A DNA stretch of 64,000 nucleotides, from assembly GCA_011109175.1 (NCBI GenBank), contig RDEW01000081.1, positions 7,152-71,151 on the forward strand. Reading direction: 5' to 3'. This DNA comes from Dicyema japonicum (lineage: Eukaryota; Animalia; Dicyemida). The notes beneath the pieces were generated by a model that saw nothing but the letters and a program-made list of their open reading frames with translations, had not been told where the DNA came from and did no database searches. The first letter of the stretch is position 1; the number at the start of each line of letters is the position of its first letter. Of this stretch, positions 10,401-23,714 are shown one piece after another. Position numbers and translations under genes: made by a program.

Positions 10401-13299
10401 TTGTTATTGTTTGATTTTAATGTATTTAATTTATTCAATTGGCTGAATGACTTTTTTATTGAATGTGTATTATTGTTATATGGACAGTCTTTCCAAATAA
10501 AGAAAATGAGTATGAGATACGATATCCAGAGGGGCAGTCGATACATAAACCATGAATAGTAAGTGATAGAGTATTAATTGGATATTAATGAAAAGTTGGG
10601 TTTATTATTCTTTATCAGAATTGATCCATCTGACTTGTTATTATAGTTAATTACTATAAACGCTGCCTCCAAATGCCTACTACGATTACTATACGCTCTC
10701 ATAAGTCTTTCAGAGTGAGTGGGATGGATAAGATATCTATGTATGGGTGAGTGGTCCAAGAATATGAATTTGAAACACTTTGAAATTTCAAGATTGAATC
10801 TAAGAGAGGGAACATGTATCCATAACGAGTGAATAAATGAGCAATTTGTAAGACATCAGATTCTCCAACGTTCCGAGTTTGAATCCGTTTCTCTCAAAAC
10901 ACTGATAAACTTGAACATGGACGATACAACATGAATGTAGGTGGTTTTGCTGCAAAATACCTAACAGAAATAATATTTATATAAGTTCAATTCACCACTG
11001 ACAACGGTGGATGATTATGTTTTATCTTTCCTGTCCTATGGTATTAACTCAGCGTCAGTTGGTTCACGTCTCAAGATAGGATGGCACCAAATAACACCAT
11101 TATATTTTCCATTGATAATTTCTTGTGAATTTTTGTAGCTGTTACGTATTGACGTACCAACATCTTGGTTCTAAATGGGTTTGTCTATGACTTCGGAAAG
11201 ATTCGTAAGTCGCAGATATTCTAATAAGTTAATTCTATTGTATTGAACGAAATGTAAAAAAATTAGCTTCATGATTTATGGAAACTTCATCTTCCTTTTT
11301 TTGAGTAAGCATTGACTAGGTGACAGACTCGGGAGATATAGGAAACAGAAAATTCCGGTTCGAACCTTGTCCAACTCAAAATTGAAAGAACTCTGAAGAT
11401 CACCTCTGATGCTGATAGTTAATATTATTATGGCCATGAGTATTGCGCAGTGTTCAAATCTTGGAAAAAATCCAAATTTTCGAATCTTGATGCTATCCAT
11501 CCCTACAGAAGGTCCAATTCACATATGATGGTTATGGTTTTTTACAAAAGACGTAATAATCAGTGATATTTAACTCGGTATCAGATTGTTTACAAGGGCT
11601 CACACCCAACAAAAAGAAAAAGTTAAGAACGTGCTTTATCCCCTTTTCCACGTTTAGTTAAATTAACTGCGTGACCTTACTCTAAAATAAAGTGTGTGTC
11701 ATACCCATGCGGTGCTATATGTACCGTGGCTTTCATTATGCTCACCAAGAGGTTAGCATACTTCCAGCACTTCAATATTTAGAGCTTCCCAGAGCTCAAC
11801 TGGAATTGGCAACACACTGAAGGAGGTTATTTGAAGCGAAGTTGTTCATACACGTAACATTCTATACTAGGAGCTTTCCAGCCGCGAAAAAAAGTGATTA
11901 TTCCATTTTCCATGTAACTCTATCAGCATTCCAAGTTTGAGATTAATACACGAAATCTCATATCATTTCTCAATTGTTCACCCACTACAAATCTATCAGT
12001 AATAAAGCTATTATTTGGAAGCCAAGTAACTAGTTAAAGATACACTTACAAGAAAAGATCTTAAATGTTGAGTAAAATTTTGACAAAAGGCAAACACATG
12101 AAGTACAGGAAAAAAGAAAAGCAAGGAGCGAAATTTCGGCCGAAGATCAGAGGCCGAGGACATTTTGAAAGGTCGGGAGTTTGACTGCCTCAAGCCTAGA
12201 CTGTTGAACAAAACAATAAGGACTCCCTTCACTTGATGATGTTTAGGATGTCCTGTGTATAAAAGATGACGAGTATTCAGAACAANAGCGAAATTTCGGC
12301 CGAAGATCAGAGGCCGAAGCCATCTTGAAAGGTCGGGAGTTTGCACTGCCTCAAGCCTAGACTGTTGAGCAAAACATTAAGGACTCCCTTCACTTGATGA
12401 TGTTTAGGATGTCCTGTGTATAAAAGATGACGAGTATTCAGAACGAAGAGTAAAAAAGACAATTTTTCAGCAGGATGAATTAAATTTGTGAATCAAGGAT
12501 CCTTTGCATAGGTACATCTTAAGCATCGTCGATTCAACCTTATAATCCGCAGTGTTTCTCGGATATAAATTGTAGCAGAGAGTCCTTTAAAGGAAAGAGC
12601 TCTCCCATCATTACCAAAGTAATTCTAAAGAAATTAAGATTCACCTACTTCCCGATTCTTTATCCGCTAGACTGATCTCTAAAGCTTCGGCAATAAACAC
12701 TAAATCTTGGCCGGAAATTCAGGGATCAATCTTCAGTCAGCAGCTGTTCGACATTGTCATGACAAACTTTCCTATGACATACTCTCTACGCACGAGAATA
12801 TTAATTTACTCAGTAGACACGCTTTTTTAAAGTCAAAAACAATATCCGATAGACGACTTACAGTGTAAATAGTTCCTCGTTGTCTTTTCAAGTGCTGATA
12901 CTGTCTCTGATCTATGGTTCTGGAAAATGATCTTTTCCCCAAGCTAAAGACCGATATTGAGAAAGGCAGTTATTTTTGGAAAAGATTTCCCATTGAAAAA
13001 GACCACTTAATTATAATAAAAAAAATCACAGAGAACAAATGAAGAATTTCTCACAAGAAAGTCTAACCTTGGACTCGTGTAATGTGCATCAGTGTGTATA
13101 AACAGTATATGTGGAGAAGAAACGGTTGAAGAAACTCCATTTTGTAATACCATTTCCTTTGAAGTCAATTTGTCGATAGGCTGGTCGGTCAAAGATGAAA
13201 AAGCAGATTCTGTTCCTTATTCGACTAATGCTCAGCTTTATCACGTTTATAAATTTTTCATCCCCTTTCGGACAGAATTGTGAGCTTTTAGACACCATA

Positions 13300-13950
13300 C
13301 ACGAACAGCAGGGTTTAAGAGATATGGATATTGCCTACCCTAGCGTATGGTTCGGACAGTAGAGATGTCTTCGAAAATAATATTATGTGTTCTCAGATCG
13401 GTTCCTAACAAGGGGACCCGCTTGGAGCACTCCTTTTTGACCTGACTGTCTATATTGTCGCATACACTGTGCTTTCCCTGTTCAACAATATATGGATGAC
13501 ACGGAGGTCCTTATGACTCTGTTTTGGAAAACCTCCATGTCATTGTCAACTCTAAGGAGTCTTTGATTATCTCATTTCTATTTCCGGCCAAGATTTAGTG
13601 TTTATTGCCGAAGCTTTAGAGATCAGTCTAGCGGATAAAGAATCGGGAAGTAGGTGAATNAATATATGGATGACACGGAGGTCCTTATGACTCTGTTTTG
13701 GAAAACCTCCATGTCATTATCAACTCTAAGGAGTCTTTGAATATCTCATTTCTATTTCCGGCCAAGATTTAGTGTTTATTACCGAAGCTTTAGAGATCAG
13801 TCTAGCGGATAAAGAATCAGGAAGTAGGTGAATCTTAATTCCTTTAGATTTACTTTGTGATGATGGGAGAGCTCTTTCCTTTAAAGGACTCTCTGCTACA
13901 ATTTATATCCGAGAAACACTGCGGATTATAAGGTTGAATCGACGATGCTT
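13300..13950 (+). mobile_element. Decayed CRE-like RT fragment at the palindrome centre
   Basis: LAYGSDSRDVFENNIMCSQIGS*QGDPLGALLFDL followed by YMDD resembles the CRE RT motifs AY...S..GVQQGDPLGPLLF and YLDD. Confidence 0.6.
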
Positions 13951-15579
13951 AATTAAGATCTTTTCTTGTAAGTGTATCTTTAACTAGTCACGTGGCTTCC
14001 AAATAGTAGCTTTATTACGGATAGATTTGTAGTGGGTGAACAATTGAGAAATGATATGAGATTTCGTGTATTAATCTCAAACTTGGAATGCTGACAGAGT
14101 TACATGGAAAAAGGAATAATCACTTTTTTTCTAGGCTGGAAAGCTCCTAGTATATAATGTTACGTGTATGAACAACTTCGCTTCAAATAACCTCCTTCAG
14201 TGTGTTGCTAATCCCTGTTGAGCTCTGGGAAGCTCTAAATATTGAAGTGCTGGAAGTATGCTAACCTCTTAGTGAGCATAATGAAAGCCCGGTACATATA
14301 GCACCGCATGGGTAGGACACACTTTATTTTAGAGTAAGGTCACGCAGTTAATTTAACTAAACGTGGAAAAGGGGATAAAGCACGTTCTTAACTTTTTCTT
14401 TTTGTTGGGTGTGAGCCCTTGTAAACAATCTGATACCGAGTTAAATATCACTGATTATGACGTCCCTTGTCAAACCAAGAACCATCATATGTGGGTTGGA
14501 CCTACTGTCGGAATGGACAGCAGCAAGATTCGAACATTTGGATTTTTTCCAAGATTTGAACACTGCGCAATACTCATGGCCATAATAATATTAACTATCA
14601 GCATCAGAGGTGATCTTCAGAGTTCTTTCAATTTTGAGCTGGACGAGGTTCGAACCGGAATTTTCTATTTCCTATATCTCCCGAGTCCGTCGCCTAGTCA
14701 ATGCTTACTAAAAAAAGGAAGATGAAGTTTCCATAAATCTTAAAGCTAATTTTACATTTCGTTCAATACAATAGAATTAACTTATTAGAATAGCTGCGAC
14801 TTACGAATCTTTCCGAAGTCATAGACAAGCCCACTTAGAACCAAGATGTGGGTACGTCAATACGTAACAGTTATAAAAATTCACAAGAAATTATCAATGG
14901 AAAATATAATGCTGTTATTTGGTGCCATCCTATCTTGAGACGTGAACCAACTGACGCTGAGTTAATACCACAGGACAGGGAAGATAAAACAGAATCCTCC
15001 ACTCTTGTTGTCAGTGGTGAATTGAACTTATATAAATATTATTATTGTTAGGTATTTTGCAGCAAAACCACCTACATTCATGTTGTATCGTCCATGTTCA
15101 AGTTTATCAGTGTTTTGAGAGTAACGGATTCAAACTCGGAACGTTGAGAATCTGATGTCTTTCAAATTGCTCATTTATTCACTCGTTGTGGATACATGTT
15201 CCCTCTCTCAGATTCAATCTTGAAATTTCAAAGTGTTTCAAATTCATATTCTTGGACCACTTACCCAGACATAGATATCTTATCCATCCCACTCACTCTG
15301 AAAGACTTATGAGAGCGTATAGTAATCGTAGTAGGCATTTGGAGGCAGCCATCATCCTGGGTGGTTATAGTAATTAACTATAATAACAAGTCAGATGGAT
15401 CAATTCTGATAAAGAATAATAAACCCATCTATTCATTAATATCCAATTAATACTCTATCACTTACCATTCATGGTTTATGTATCTTACTGCCCCGCTGGA
15501 TATCGTGGCACATACTCATTTTCTTTAGTTGAAAAAACTGTCCATATAACAATAATACACATTCAATAAAAAAGCGAAC

Positions 15580-15990
15580 TTGGTTGTCTTTTGAACGACA
15601 CCACTTGACCCAAATTCGACAGGGATGTGATCAAAAAGTGCCTGACGAGCTGTTCCTTCGAGGTCCGACGTCCTTGCTCAATTTGGTACTGATTAGGCGA
15701 ATTCCACAGTTTATATCGAATCCAACTCGACAGGGGGAGACCACGACATTGGAGTCCGATATATCAAAAGCTGTCGTGTTTCCTATGTCGATCTGTATCC
15801 CGAATGAATGTCTGGCAGCCCAATGGAGTTCTAGAATTATTTTAGAACTGTACCTCGACTATGCCAGGCAGAGAGGCAAATTGTTTGATTGGAGGAAGAA
15901 ACCCACCTCTTCCCTCATAATCAGAGTAGCGACGTAATTTACCCAACACAAATTTTCTGACGTGTAATAGCCATTACACTGTGGAAGTGA
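15580..15990 (-). pseudogene. rtcB: Partial RtcB copy (5' part) in the inverted arm
   Basis: Reverse complement of about 8440-8945, containing only one copy of the 103-bp unit that is doubled in the left arm. Confidence 0.88.
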
Positions 15991-16269
15991 TCAATTGTTT
16001 ATATATTCAAATGAGGCTGCATTCCTTTAATATTCTTCATGAGTATGCATTTTCATTTTCAAAAATTGTAATTTACCTTGTATGTTCGAACAACCATGAC
16101 ACTGACTGAATTTTATCGTTTTTAAATGTTGAATTTATTAAAAGCCAAATTATAGATAGTTAAACTTTTAAATTTTAATTAAATTTTATGTATCGATCAT
16201 TTATAAAAAATGTCAAAAACCTTTCAGCATCAACAATTGTTCATTAAGAACTAAACCAACCTCTACACT

Positions 16270-16900
16270 CAAAAAATGATGACCCAATTCCCATAAATGA
16301 TGACCCAATTCCCATAAATGTTTACCCAATTCCCATAAATGTTGCCGATGATATTATTATTGCCTCAAAGGACAGAAGCATTCAATCAGCGACTCAGTAC
16401 GCTCAACAAATTCTTGAAAAGTTGGAACTAATTCTCTCGAAGATGCGAATCGACGCATCAGCAACAAAACCTTCTGTCACGCTGTTTACTAGTTAAAAAA
16501 TACAGCTCTGTGTCAAACCAAAAATCTTTATAAAGAACGAGGCAATTCCTATCAACAAAACACCGAAAATTCTTGGAATCACATTTGATCAGGGACTCAC
16601 CTTTACCCGACATGTTGAGAACATAGTAGCTTCTGCTCTGAGGAAAATGAGAATTTTAAAAGTGCTCTCAAAAACACTTAGAGACCAAACGGGGCCTTGC
16701 AACGATTTATGAACAATTTATCCGACCCATGATGACGTATGCAAGTCCTCTGTGGGCAATGCAGATTTCACGATTCTCCTCATTGAAACTATATGCAATC
16801 GAGGAGACCGCAAAAAGGATAATTGGACAAGAACACAAAATCCAGCCCATTGAAATTCTCTAAATCGAATTACAACAGGAATTTTTAAAGGAAACTAGTT
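16270..16900 (+). mobile_element. LINE RT 3' fragment (family C), palindrome right copy
   Basis: Mirror of 7440-8060. Confidence 0.75.
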
Positions 16901-17761
16901 TACCAAACTACCTTCTATTCCATACACAATCGAAATATTTACAATCATACAAAAATTTTGAGCCGATGCCATATCTAATGAGAAGGGCTGTTTAGGATTC
17001 TCGACCACGCTGGACTCGTCCTCTTTCTTGTGGTTTGGGATCACTTAGTTAGTTGAGAACTTTTTATTTCTTTTCTTTGACCCAGTGATCCTGGAGGTAA
17101 TAATAATATTTATGTCTCCCGGTGAATAAATAGATGGATTTGTTTTTCTATCATATTACTTGATTGTTTTGACAAATCATCGCTAAACCACCTGTGTGGA
17201 TAGCCTCTCTCCTTCCAACCTTGTTATGACAACAACTAACCCAGGCTCTGCATCGCAGAACCCTAAAGCTGAAAAAATACTATATATCGGTGGATAGTTC
17301 ATATTTGACCAGTAGCCGTGGAAACGTCGAAATTTAAAGGAAGCAGGTCGTTGATTCTGGTAGATAGAATAAGATCTCTCGTAGCTGACAAGTTCAAGGT
17401 CATTATACGGAAAATCGATTGTTACAATTCATATAGAAGGTTGCTCAATATCGATATTATTTACCTAAGCGATCTTAAAAAAAGATTTTTGAGGCCCTAT
17501 GACTTCATTCGTCTCGGTGACAACAATCTGCTCATAAAATCTGGTCAGAGGCTGTTGTATTTGATTATTTAAAGTTCTATAAGTGCAAATTGGTGTATGC
17601 AGATGCCATATTGCGAATCAAATTTTTCCAGAGAGAATAGAAAAACTATGATCCTGTCTGAGCGTATCCTATAATCACAATATCGGAAAAAAAGAGAAAA
17701 TGCAGAAGACCTTGAATGCTTAAGAGAGAAAACAAAATAAGAGCTACTTGAAAAAAGATAN

Positions 17762-20530
17762 TTGCAAGTGATGTGGGGTCCATCCGTAAGAGGTGTCCAA
17801 ACAGTCTCCATCGGGCCTCCACCACACCCCTAGTCACAGGTCGCGTTGAGCACTTTCGGTAAAGTGCCTCATTGTTGATCCGTGTCGGCCATTGTACCCC
17901 ACAAAGTATTCGTAATTGCCTTCGGTAAAGGGACTTAAGATTTTTGGTTTCTGATACCGAGATCCCCCCCCCAGCAGGAAGAGTTATATAACAGGATCGG
18001 CTTCACGAAAGAATTATAGAGACACAAACGAAGCACGATCGTCACCGGTCTGTTAGTCAACCAATCTGTCTTCATCCTGTACACTGCGACCGTGGATAGT
18101 AATTTCCTCCGGGTTATGTCCTCACTGTTCCCGAGGAAGAAGCCGAGTTACTGGAACGTCTCCATCCTTTTTCTTATCTTGATCCCATGCGTACGATTTC
18201 CACAATTTCAGTTTTGGTTGTATTCACCGTAAAAAACCATTTCCCAAGCTCTGCAGGGGCAACGTCAAGTAACCGCCTCAAGGGCGCTTTATCTTCCTAT
18301 ACAAGATCCACATCATCAGCCATTATAAAAACTTCTAAGAACACGCAGTGCTACTTCCAAGTATACCACAATCAGCAAAGGGGAAAGGGAATCCTCCACA
18401 GTCGTCGACAAATTTATAGACGACGTACTTTCAACTCGTAACGTCTGTTCTGTGTTCGACAATAAAACTTCTATCATCCTGACAGAATCCGTATTATGGA
18501 ATCCCCGCAAAGCATCAATAAGCTTTCGTCGGCGAATTGTGTAGGATGACTGAGCGCAGGTTTTCCACAGGGCCCGTCCTTTTATTCGGTTTTTGAATCG
18601 GCACCAGAATTTCTTTGCCCAACGGAAGTAGGTCGTTAGTTGCAAACATTTCGTTTAATACTTTGGACGCGATTTCCACCAGGGTTTTGGGGTCGTACTT
18701 CAGCAACTCAGCACTTATGCCATCCGGTCCTGACGAGTGATTGCACTTCAGTCTTTCTATTGCTTTCATAACTTCTCCCACCGTGATTTCATTTACAAAA
18801 TTTCCTGTATTATTAGTGATTAGGTCTACCTTTTACCCGTGAACGTCAAAGAGTCGTTCAAAATGAGCAGCAATANCACAACGCCACCTGCCCCCAAACC
18901 ACATCAGCGGTAGATCTGCCTATCCTGAATCCACTGTGGCTCGATGACAGGAATTTATTCACAGGCTCTTGCACACGATCCAGCACCACCAGAGCAAGTA
19001 CTTTTCTTAGCAAATTGTGTAGGATGACTGAGCGCAGGTTTTCCACAGGGCCCGTCCTTTTATTCGGTTTTTGAATCGGCATCAGAATTTCTTTGGCCAA
19101 TGGAAGTAGGTCATTAGTTGCAAACATTTCGTTTAATACTTTGGCCCCGATTTCCACCAGGGTTTGGGGTCGTACTTCAGTAACTCAGCACTTATGCCAT
19201 CCGGTCCTGACGAGTGATTGCACTTCAGTCTCTCTATTGCTTTCATAACTTCTCCCACCGTGATTTCATTTAAAAGATTTCCTTTATTAACAGTGATTAG
19301 GTCCACATTTTACCCGTCAACGTTAAAGAGTCGTTAAAAATGAGCAGCAATAAGTTCGACTTGTTCCGTAGCTTCAAAAATCATATTCCCTTTGTTATCC
19401 TGAATTTTTAGTTTGCCCTTTTTATTTCTCTTCTTAAGCAGGCGCATTGCCAAGAACATCTGCGCACAATCCTTTCGATTCTCCACTACCTTTCGCCTGG
19501 CATCCAAAACGTTTGCAACATGTTCACTTTTTAATTTTTTGATTTTTCTCTGTATCCTAGTACATTCCGACTGTAAAAACTGTCTGTGTTCGTTATGTTT
19601 TCTAGCGATAGTCGAAGATCATTCTTTTTTGTAGTGAGGGAACATCGAGGTGGCATTACTCGGTACCTTCAATGTGTTCGTTTGCAGCCATGTGAATTCT
19701 TTTCATTGTATGGGTCCAAGTGACTCCCGGTGGAAGGCCTGTCTCTATTGCTTGAAGATAATGTTCCATAGATGCTCGATAGATATTTCGAGTGAAGTGT
19801 GAATAACATAATCTCTCGACTAGGTATCCTTCCCGTATGACCTGAGATGGTTTTGTTACTGAAGTGCGTGCATAGCGACTTGTAATATCAAACAGGGCCA
19901 CGACGATCTTGTGGACGCTTTCCCGACGGCCCTTCCGTATGAGCTCGAGTCCCGTAATAGTGTTCTATTTTTCTGTCTGCAAAGAATGTAATCAATCTGA
20001 TTGTAAATCATCACATGGTCCCAGATTCATTTCTTCTGCAGCTCGTCCAGGTAGTCTTATGTCTTGCAGCATGCGCAGTGTTACACAGGAATAGACCAAA
20101 TTCCCTGCAGAAATTTATCAGCACAGCCCCCGGCAGGTTCCTGATCTCTCTTCCGTGTCTCCCGATAGTCGACTCATGTTCCCGGCGTACTCCTGCTTTA
20201 GCATTCTAGTCTCCGGCAATGAAGACTAGAAAAGACGATTCCAGTTCGGGATTTATCATCGACACCTGCATTTAGAAAGTATCAAGTTCGTCCGAATCTT
20301 TGGCGACCCGTCAACTGTGGGGTGCATAAACATTTATAATTGAGATAAGGGCCCTCGATGTGCGTTTGACCTCAACCCGTATTTGCAGTATGCTGTTTCT
20401 GTCGTTTACACTCCAACAGCGATGTATCCCACGAACAAGTTTCTTGTGCACAGCAAACCCCTTTCCATAGTGTCTCGATGACGATGGTAGTAAAATAATT
20501 TTATAGTCTCCAAGTAGCTCGTCCATTCTA
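17762..20530 (-). mobile_element. Decayed RTE-clade LINE (APE endonuclease + RT)
   Basis: HYGKGFAVH and IINVYAPH (EN); SSGPDGISAELLKY, ENLRSVILHN and SGFRIGRSTAD (RT); WRLFGHLLRMD (3' end). A duplicated block flanks the N at 18876. Confidence 0.85.
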
Positions 20531-20544
20531 ACCTATTTGAGTCA

Positions 20545-21110
20545 AAAACATACTGGAAAGACGAAAATCGTTAAACTTTTTTTACAAGTTTCAGATAATG
20601 AATGGAAAACTTACATCTTTTCTGGCAAATGTTCATTTGTACTGAGACCGACAAAAAAGACCCTTTAAATTTGGATTACAATTGCGACAGTCTACCCGCG
20701 ACGGTTCTAGATTAGTTCATGTTGCGTAGAGATTCAAGCTATCAAGCCTTGCAACTAGTAAAATGCGAAAATGACCAATTCGAACTCGGACATTTATTTA
20801 GTTCAAAGCTGAGATAGTCCAAGTTTTCAGAGTCTTCCATTTAACGATAAGACTTTCACACGTCATGAAGATACGTAGATAAATCTCGCTATTAAGGTAC
20901 GTCACCACCAATACACTTTCACTATGGCCAAAGCAGAGCAGCCTGAAAAATCAACAGCAACGCCACTCTCCTATACTATCCTGTTGCTACAAACTCCTAT
21001 AGTCCATCTAACCTTCTCCCTCTCAAGACAACTCCCAATCCATGTCCCCGTAGAATGGTTTACGGTCGTTATGGAGCATAACTACCGGACTAAAAAATCA
21101 GTATCCCGCA
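20545..21110 (+). mobile_element. Internally deleted second copy of the Tc1-like composite repeat
   Basis: WKTYIFSGKCSF at about 20600 joins directly to the inverted copy of 1785-2260. Confidence 0.65.
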
Positions 21111-21179
21111 TAAAATAAATTAATTATTAAAATACACTCCCGAGAAAACATAAAATTAGTTAAGTTTCCCTTGTGTCGT

Positions 21180-21500
21180 ATTCCGAACCATCCTCTCCGT
21201 TAGCTTCGACCATGATCTTCTGTTGCGCACTAGTTCTCTTAGGTAGTCCAGGTCGTCCGCCATTTCCATTATAATATCAGATGCTGTCCACACCCTTGTA
21301 GCGTAGTGAATCAGGTCCTGATGGACTGCAAATCCGAGACCATAATGTCAGCAGGCCGACGGGAGGATAAAAAGATGGAATTTTCTAATCAGTTCTGTTC
21401 ATTGTACGGTCGTTTTTGTCTCTTGTAGACAGCAGACAGAGACGTCATATTTAGTTAGATCGCATACCAGTTGGTGTTTCTTGTAAGGTTGATCAAGTCT
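21180..21500 (-). mobile_element. RTE LINE deletion remnant (EN start fused to the 3' end)
   Basis: YDVSVCCLQETK and HYGLGFAVH are followed closely by DLDYLRELVRNRRSW. Confidence 0.6.
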
Positions 21501-21849
21501 TCTGCAATTGAAAGATCCCAGAGTGAACCGATAAGTCGGTAAGGAATACGAATAAGACATAGTGCAATAGATGTGTCGTCACCACCTCAACCAATGTATA
21601 ATAATAATAATAATAAATTTAAGTAAAATAAATAATAAAAATTTTACTCGACACGTGTTTATTATTCGTGTTAGCTGATGGGTGTAAGATACGAACACAT
21701 AAAGCACATTTTATGCCATGAAATATTCAGAGTTTATAGTCAACTTAGATGGGGAACTATTTTGTACAAATTGTTCGATTTAATCAACTGTGATAAAAAA
21801 TAAATAAAATTATTCCAAAGATCAGGGATTAAACTAACTACTTTTTTGA

Positions 21850-22540
21850 TCCTGATGTATTCCAGTCGAACTTTCACCCAAGAACAGTGATCCAGAGGAC
21901 GTTTTACGGATAGCTGATGTCAATTACAGAAGGAAAAGTATTTCATTTTTTATTTTTAGATTACATGGGCTCGATTAAAAGTGTACACACGTTTTTGTTG
22001 GATACCTCTGGTGATTATTTAAGTTGGCCACTGAAAGTTACAAAGGAATTTGTCAAATCAAATATTTCTTTTTATAAGATGAGGCATCTTTCTTGTTAAC
22101 TTTCTTGAAGAGGAAACAGAGCAATCACCATGTGAAAAAACCACGATTCGCGTGAAACAGATTTCTACGGAAGAAATAGATGAAATTATCGGCCGTTTAA
22201 GGTATCTCATAAAAATAATTGTAATAATGGACAATATATTTTTTTATTTTTGATGAACAGCAAATAAAAGGGAATGGGTATATAATTTCTTTGATTGGGA
22301 ATGTTGCCTTTTCAAAATGATCGATTTTATGAATTGTATGTTGACGAATTAATCTCGGAAATAAAGGCCTCGGTTTTAAAAAACAAAAAAGAAAAGAATT
22401 TTTTATTATAATTGGACAACCACCAGGCTTGGTTGTCAAAAGATGAGGTAGCTGACTACCCGCAGCAAAATATTACTCAGAATCTTCCTGAAAAAGTTCG
22501 GATTGTTTCGGAATTTAGCAGGGACGGAGTATTGTGACTG
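21850..22540 (+). pseudogene. Degraded gene of unknown family with a micro-intron
   Basis: A 22-nt gtatttcattttttatttttag intron joins two open segments (ELSPKNSDPEDVLRIADVNYRRK/NYMGSIKSV...). The downstream part has stops and shares QNLPE..VSEF..DGV with about 46960-47040. Confidence 0.35.
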
Positions 22541-22939
22541 TAAACCGAAATTTGTTTATAACTACTTGATATGAAAATAAAAATGCTATTTTTTTTATTT
22601 TTCCAAAAAACTTTGCTATTTTCCGATTGTCTTAGTAATCATACCTTAATGGTGGTTTTATAGCGTTGACTTATAGGAATCACAACGTCAATCGGAAACT
22701 GTTGTACCTTTGGGATTAGAAGACATCGATGAGAAGAGATATTTCAATGTCGCAATAGTTTTTTGACGAGACATTGGAACTGGAGGGGTCTTTTCAAGTT
22801 CAGATAGATCTTAAGACAATATTTCTCACATCCATAGAATAGTAGATATTGGACATGTGAGTGAATGTTTATCTTAAGTGTCAATGACTTTGTTCTGACA
22901 TATCCACGATTGGGGGAAGACATTGGGAATTCGTTAGAA

Positions 22940-23714
22940 NNNNNNNNNNNNNNNNNNNNNNNNNNNNNNNNNNNNNNNNNNNNNNNNNNNNNNNNNNNNN
23001 NNNNNNNNNNNNNNNNNNNNNNNNNNNNNNNNNNNNNNNNNNNNNNNNNNNNNNNNNNNNNNNNNNNNNNNNNNNNNNNNNNNNNNNNNNNNNNNNNNNN
23101 NNNNNNNNNNNNNNNNNNNNNNNNNNNNNNNNNNNNNNNNNNNNNNNNNNNNNNNNNNNNNNNNNNNNNNNNNNNNNNNNNNNNNNNNNNNNNNNNNNNN
23201 NNNNNNNNNNNNNNNNNNNNNNNNNNNNNNNNNNNNNNNNNNNNNNNNNNNNNNNNNNNNNNNNNNNNNNNNNNNNNNNNNNNNNNNNNNNNNNNNNNNN
23301 NNNNNNNNNNNNNNNNNNNNNNNNNNNNNNNNNNNNNNNNNNNNNNNNNNNNNNNNNNNNNNNNNNNNNNNNNNNNNNNNNNNNNNNNNNNNNNNNNNNN
23401 NNNNNNNNNNNNNNNNNNNNNNNNNNNNNNNNNNNNNNNNNNNNNNNNNNNNNNNNNNNNNNNNNNNNNNNNNNNNNNNNNNNNNNNNNNNNNNNNNNNN
23501 NNNNNNNNNNNNNNNNNNNNNNNNNNNNNNNNNNNNNNNNNNNNNNNNNNNNNNNNNNNNNNNNNNNNNNNNNNNNNNNNNNNNNNNNNNNNNNNNNNNN
23601 NNNNNNNNNNNNNNNNNNNNNNNNNNNNNNNNNNNNNNNNNNNNNNNNNNNNNNNNNNNNNNNNNNNNNNNNNNNNNNNNNNNNNNNNNNNNNNNNNNNN
23701 NNNNNNNNNNNNNN
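22940..23714. other. Assembly gap (N run)
   Basis: Run of N. Confidence 1.

Larger units (their letters stand above)
6545..12718. repeat. Left arm of a large inverted duplication
   Basis: 6545-8945 is mirrored at about 15580-17760, about 10460-12064 at about 13955-15575, and about 12520-12718 at about 13580-13950. Confidence 0.9.
13580..17760. repeat. Right arm of the large inverted duplication
   Basis: Reverse complement of the left arm; lacks about 8945-10460 and 12065-12518 of the left arm, and ends at the single N at 17761. Confidence 0.9.

Noticed and set aside
12135-12445. Tandem duplication of about 150 bp
   Set aside because: The junction is a single N (12286); likely an assembly artefact.
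13488-13832. Tandem duplication in the CRE remnant
   Set aside because: The junction is a single N (13660).
18510-19350. Duplicated block in the RTE element
   Set aside because: The junction is a single N (18876).
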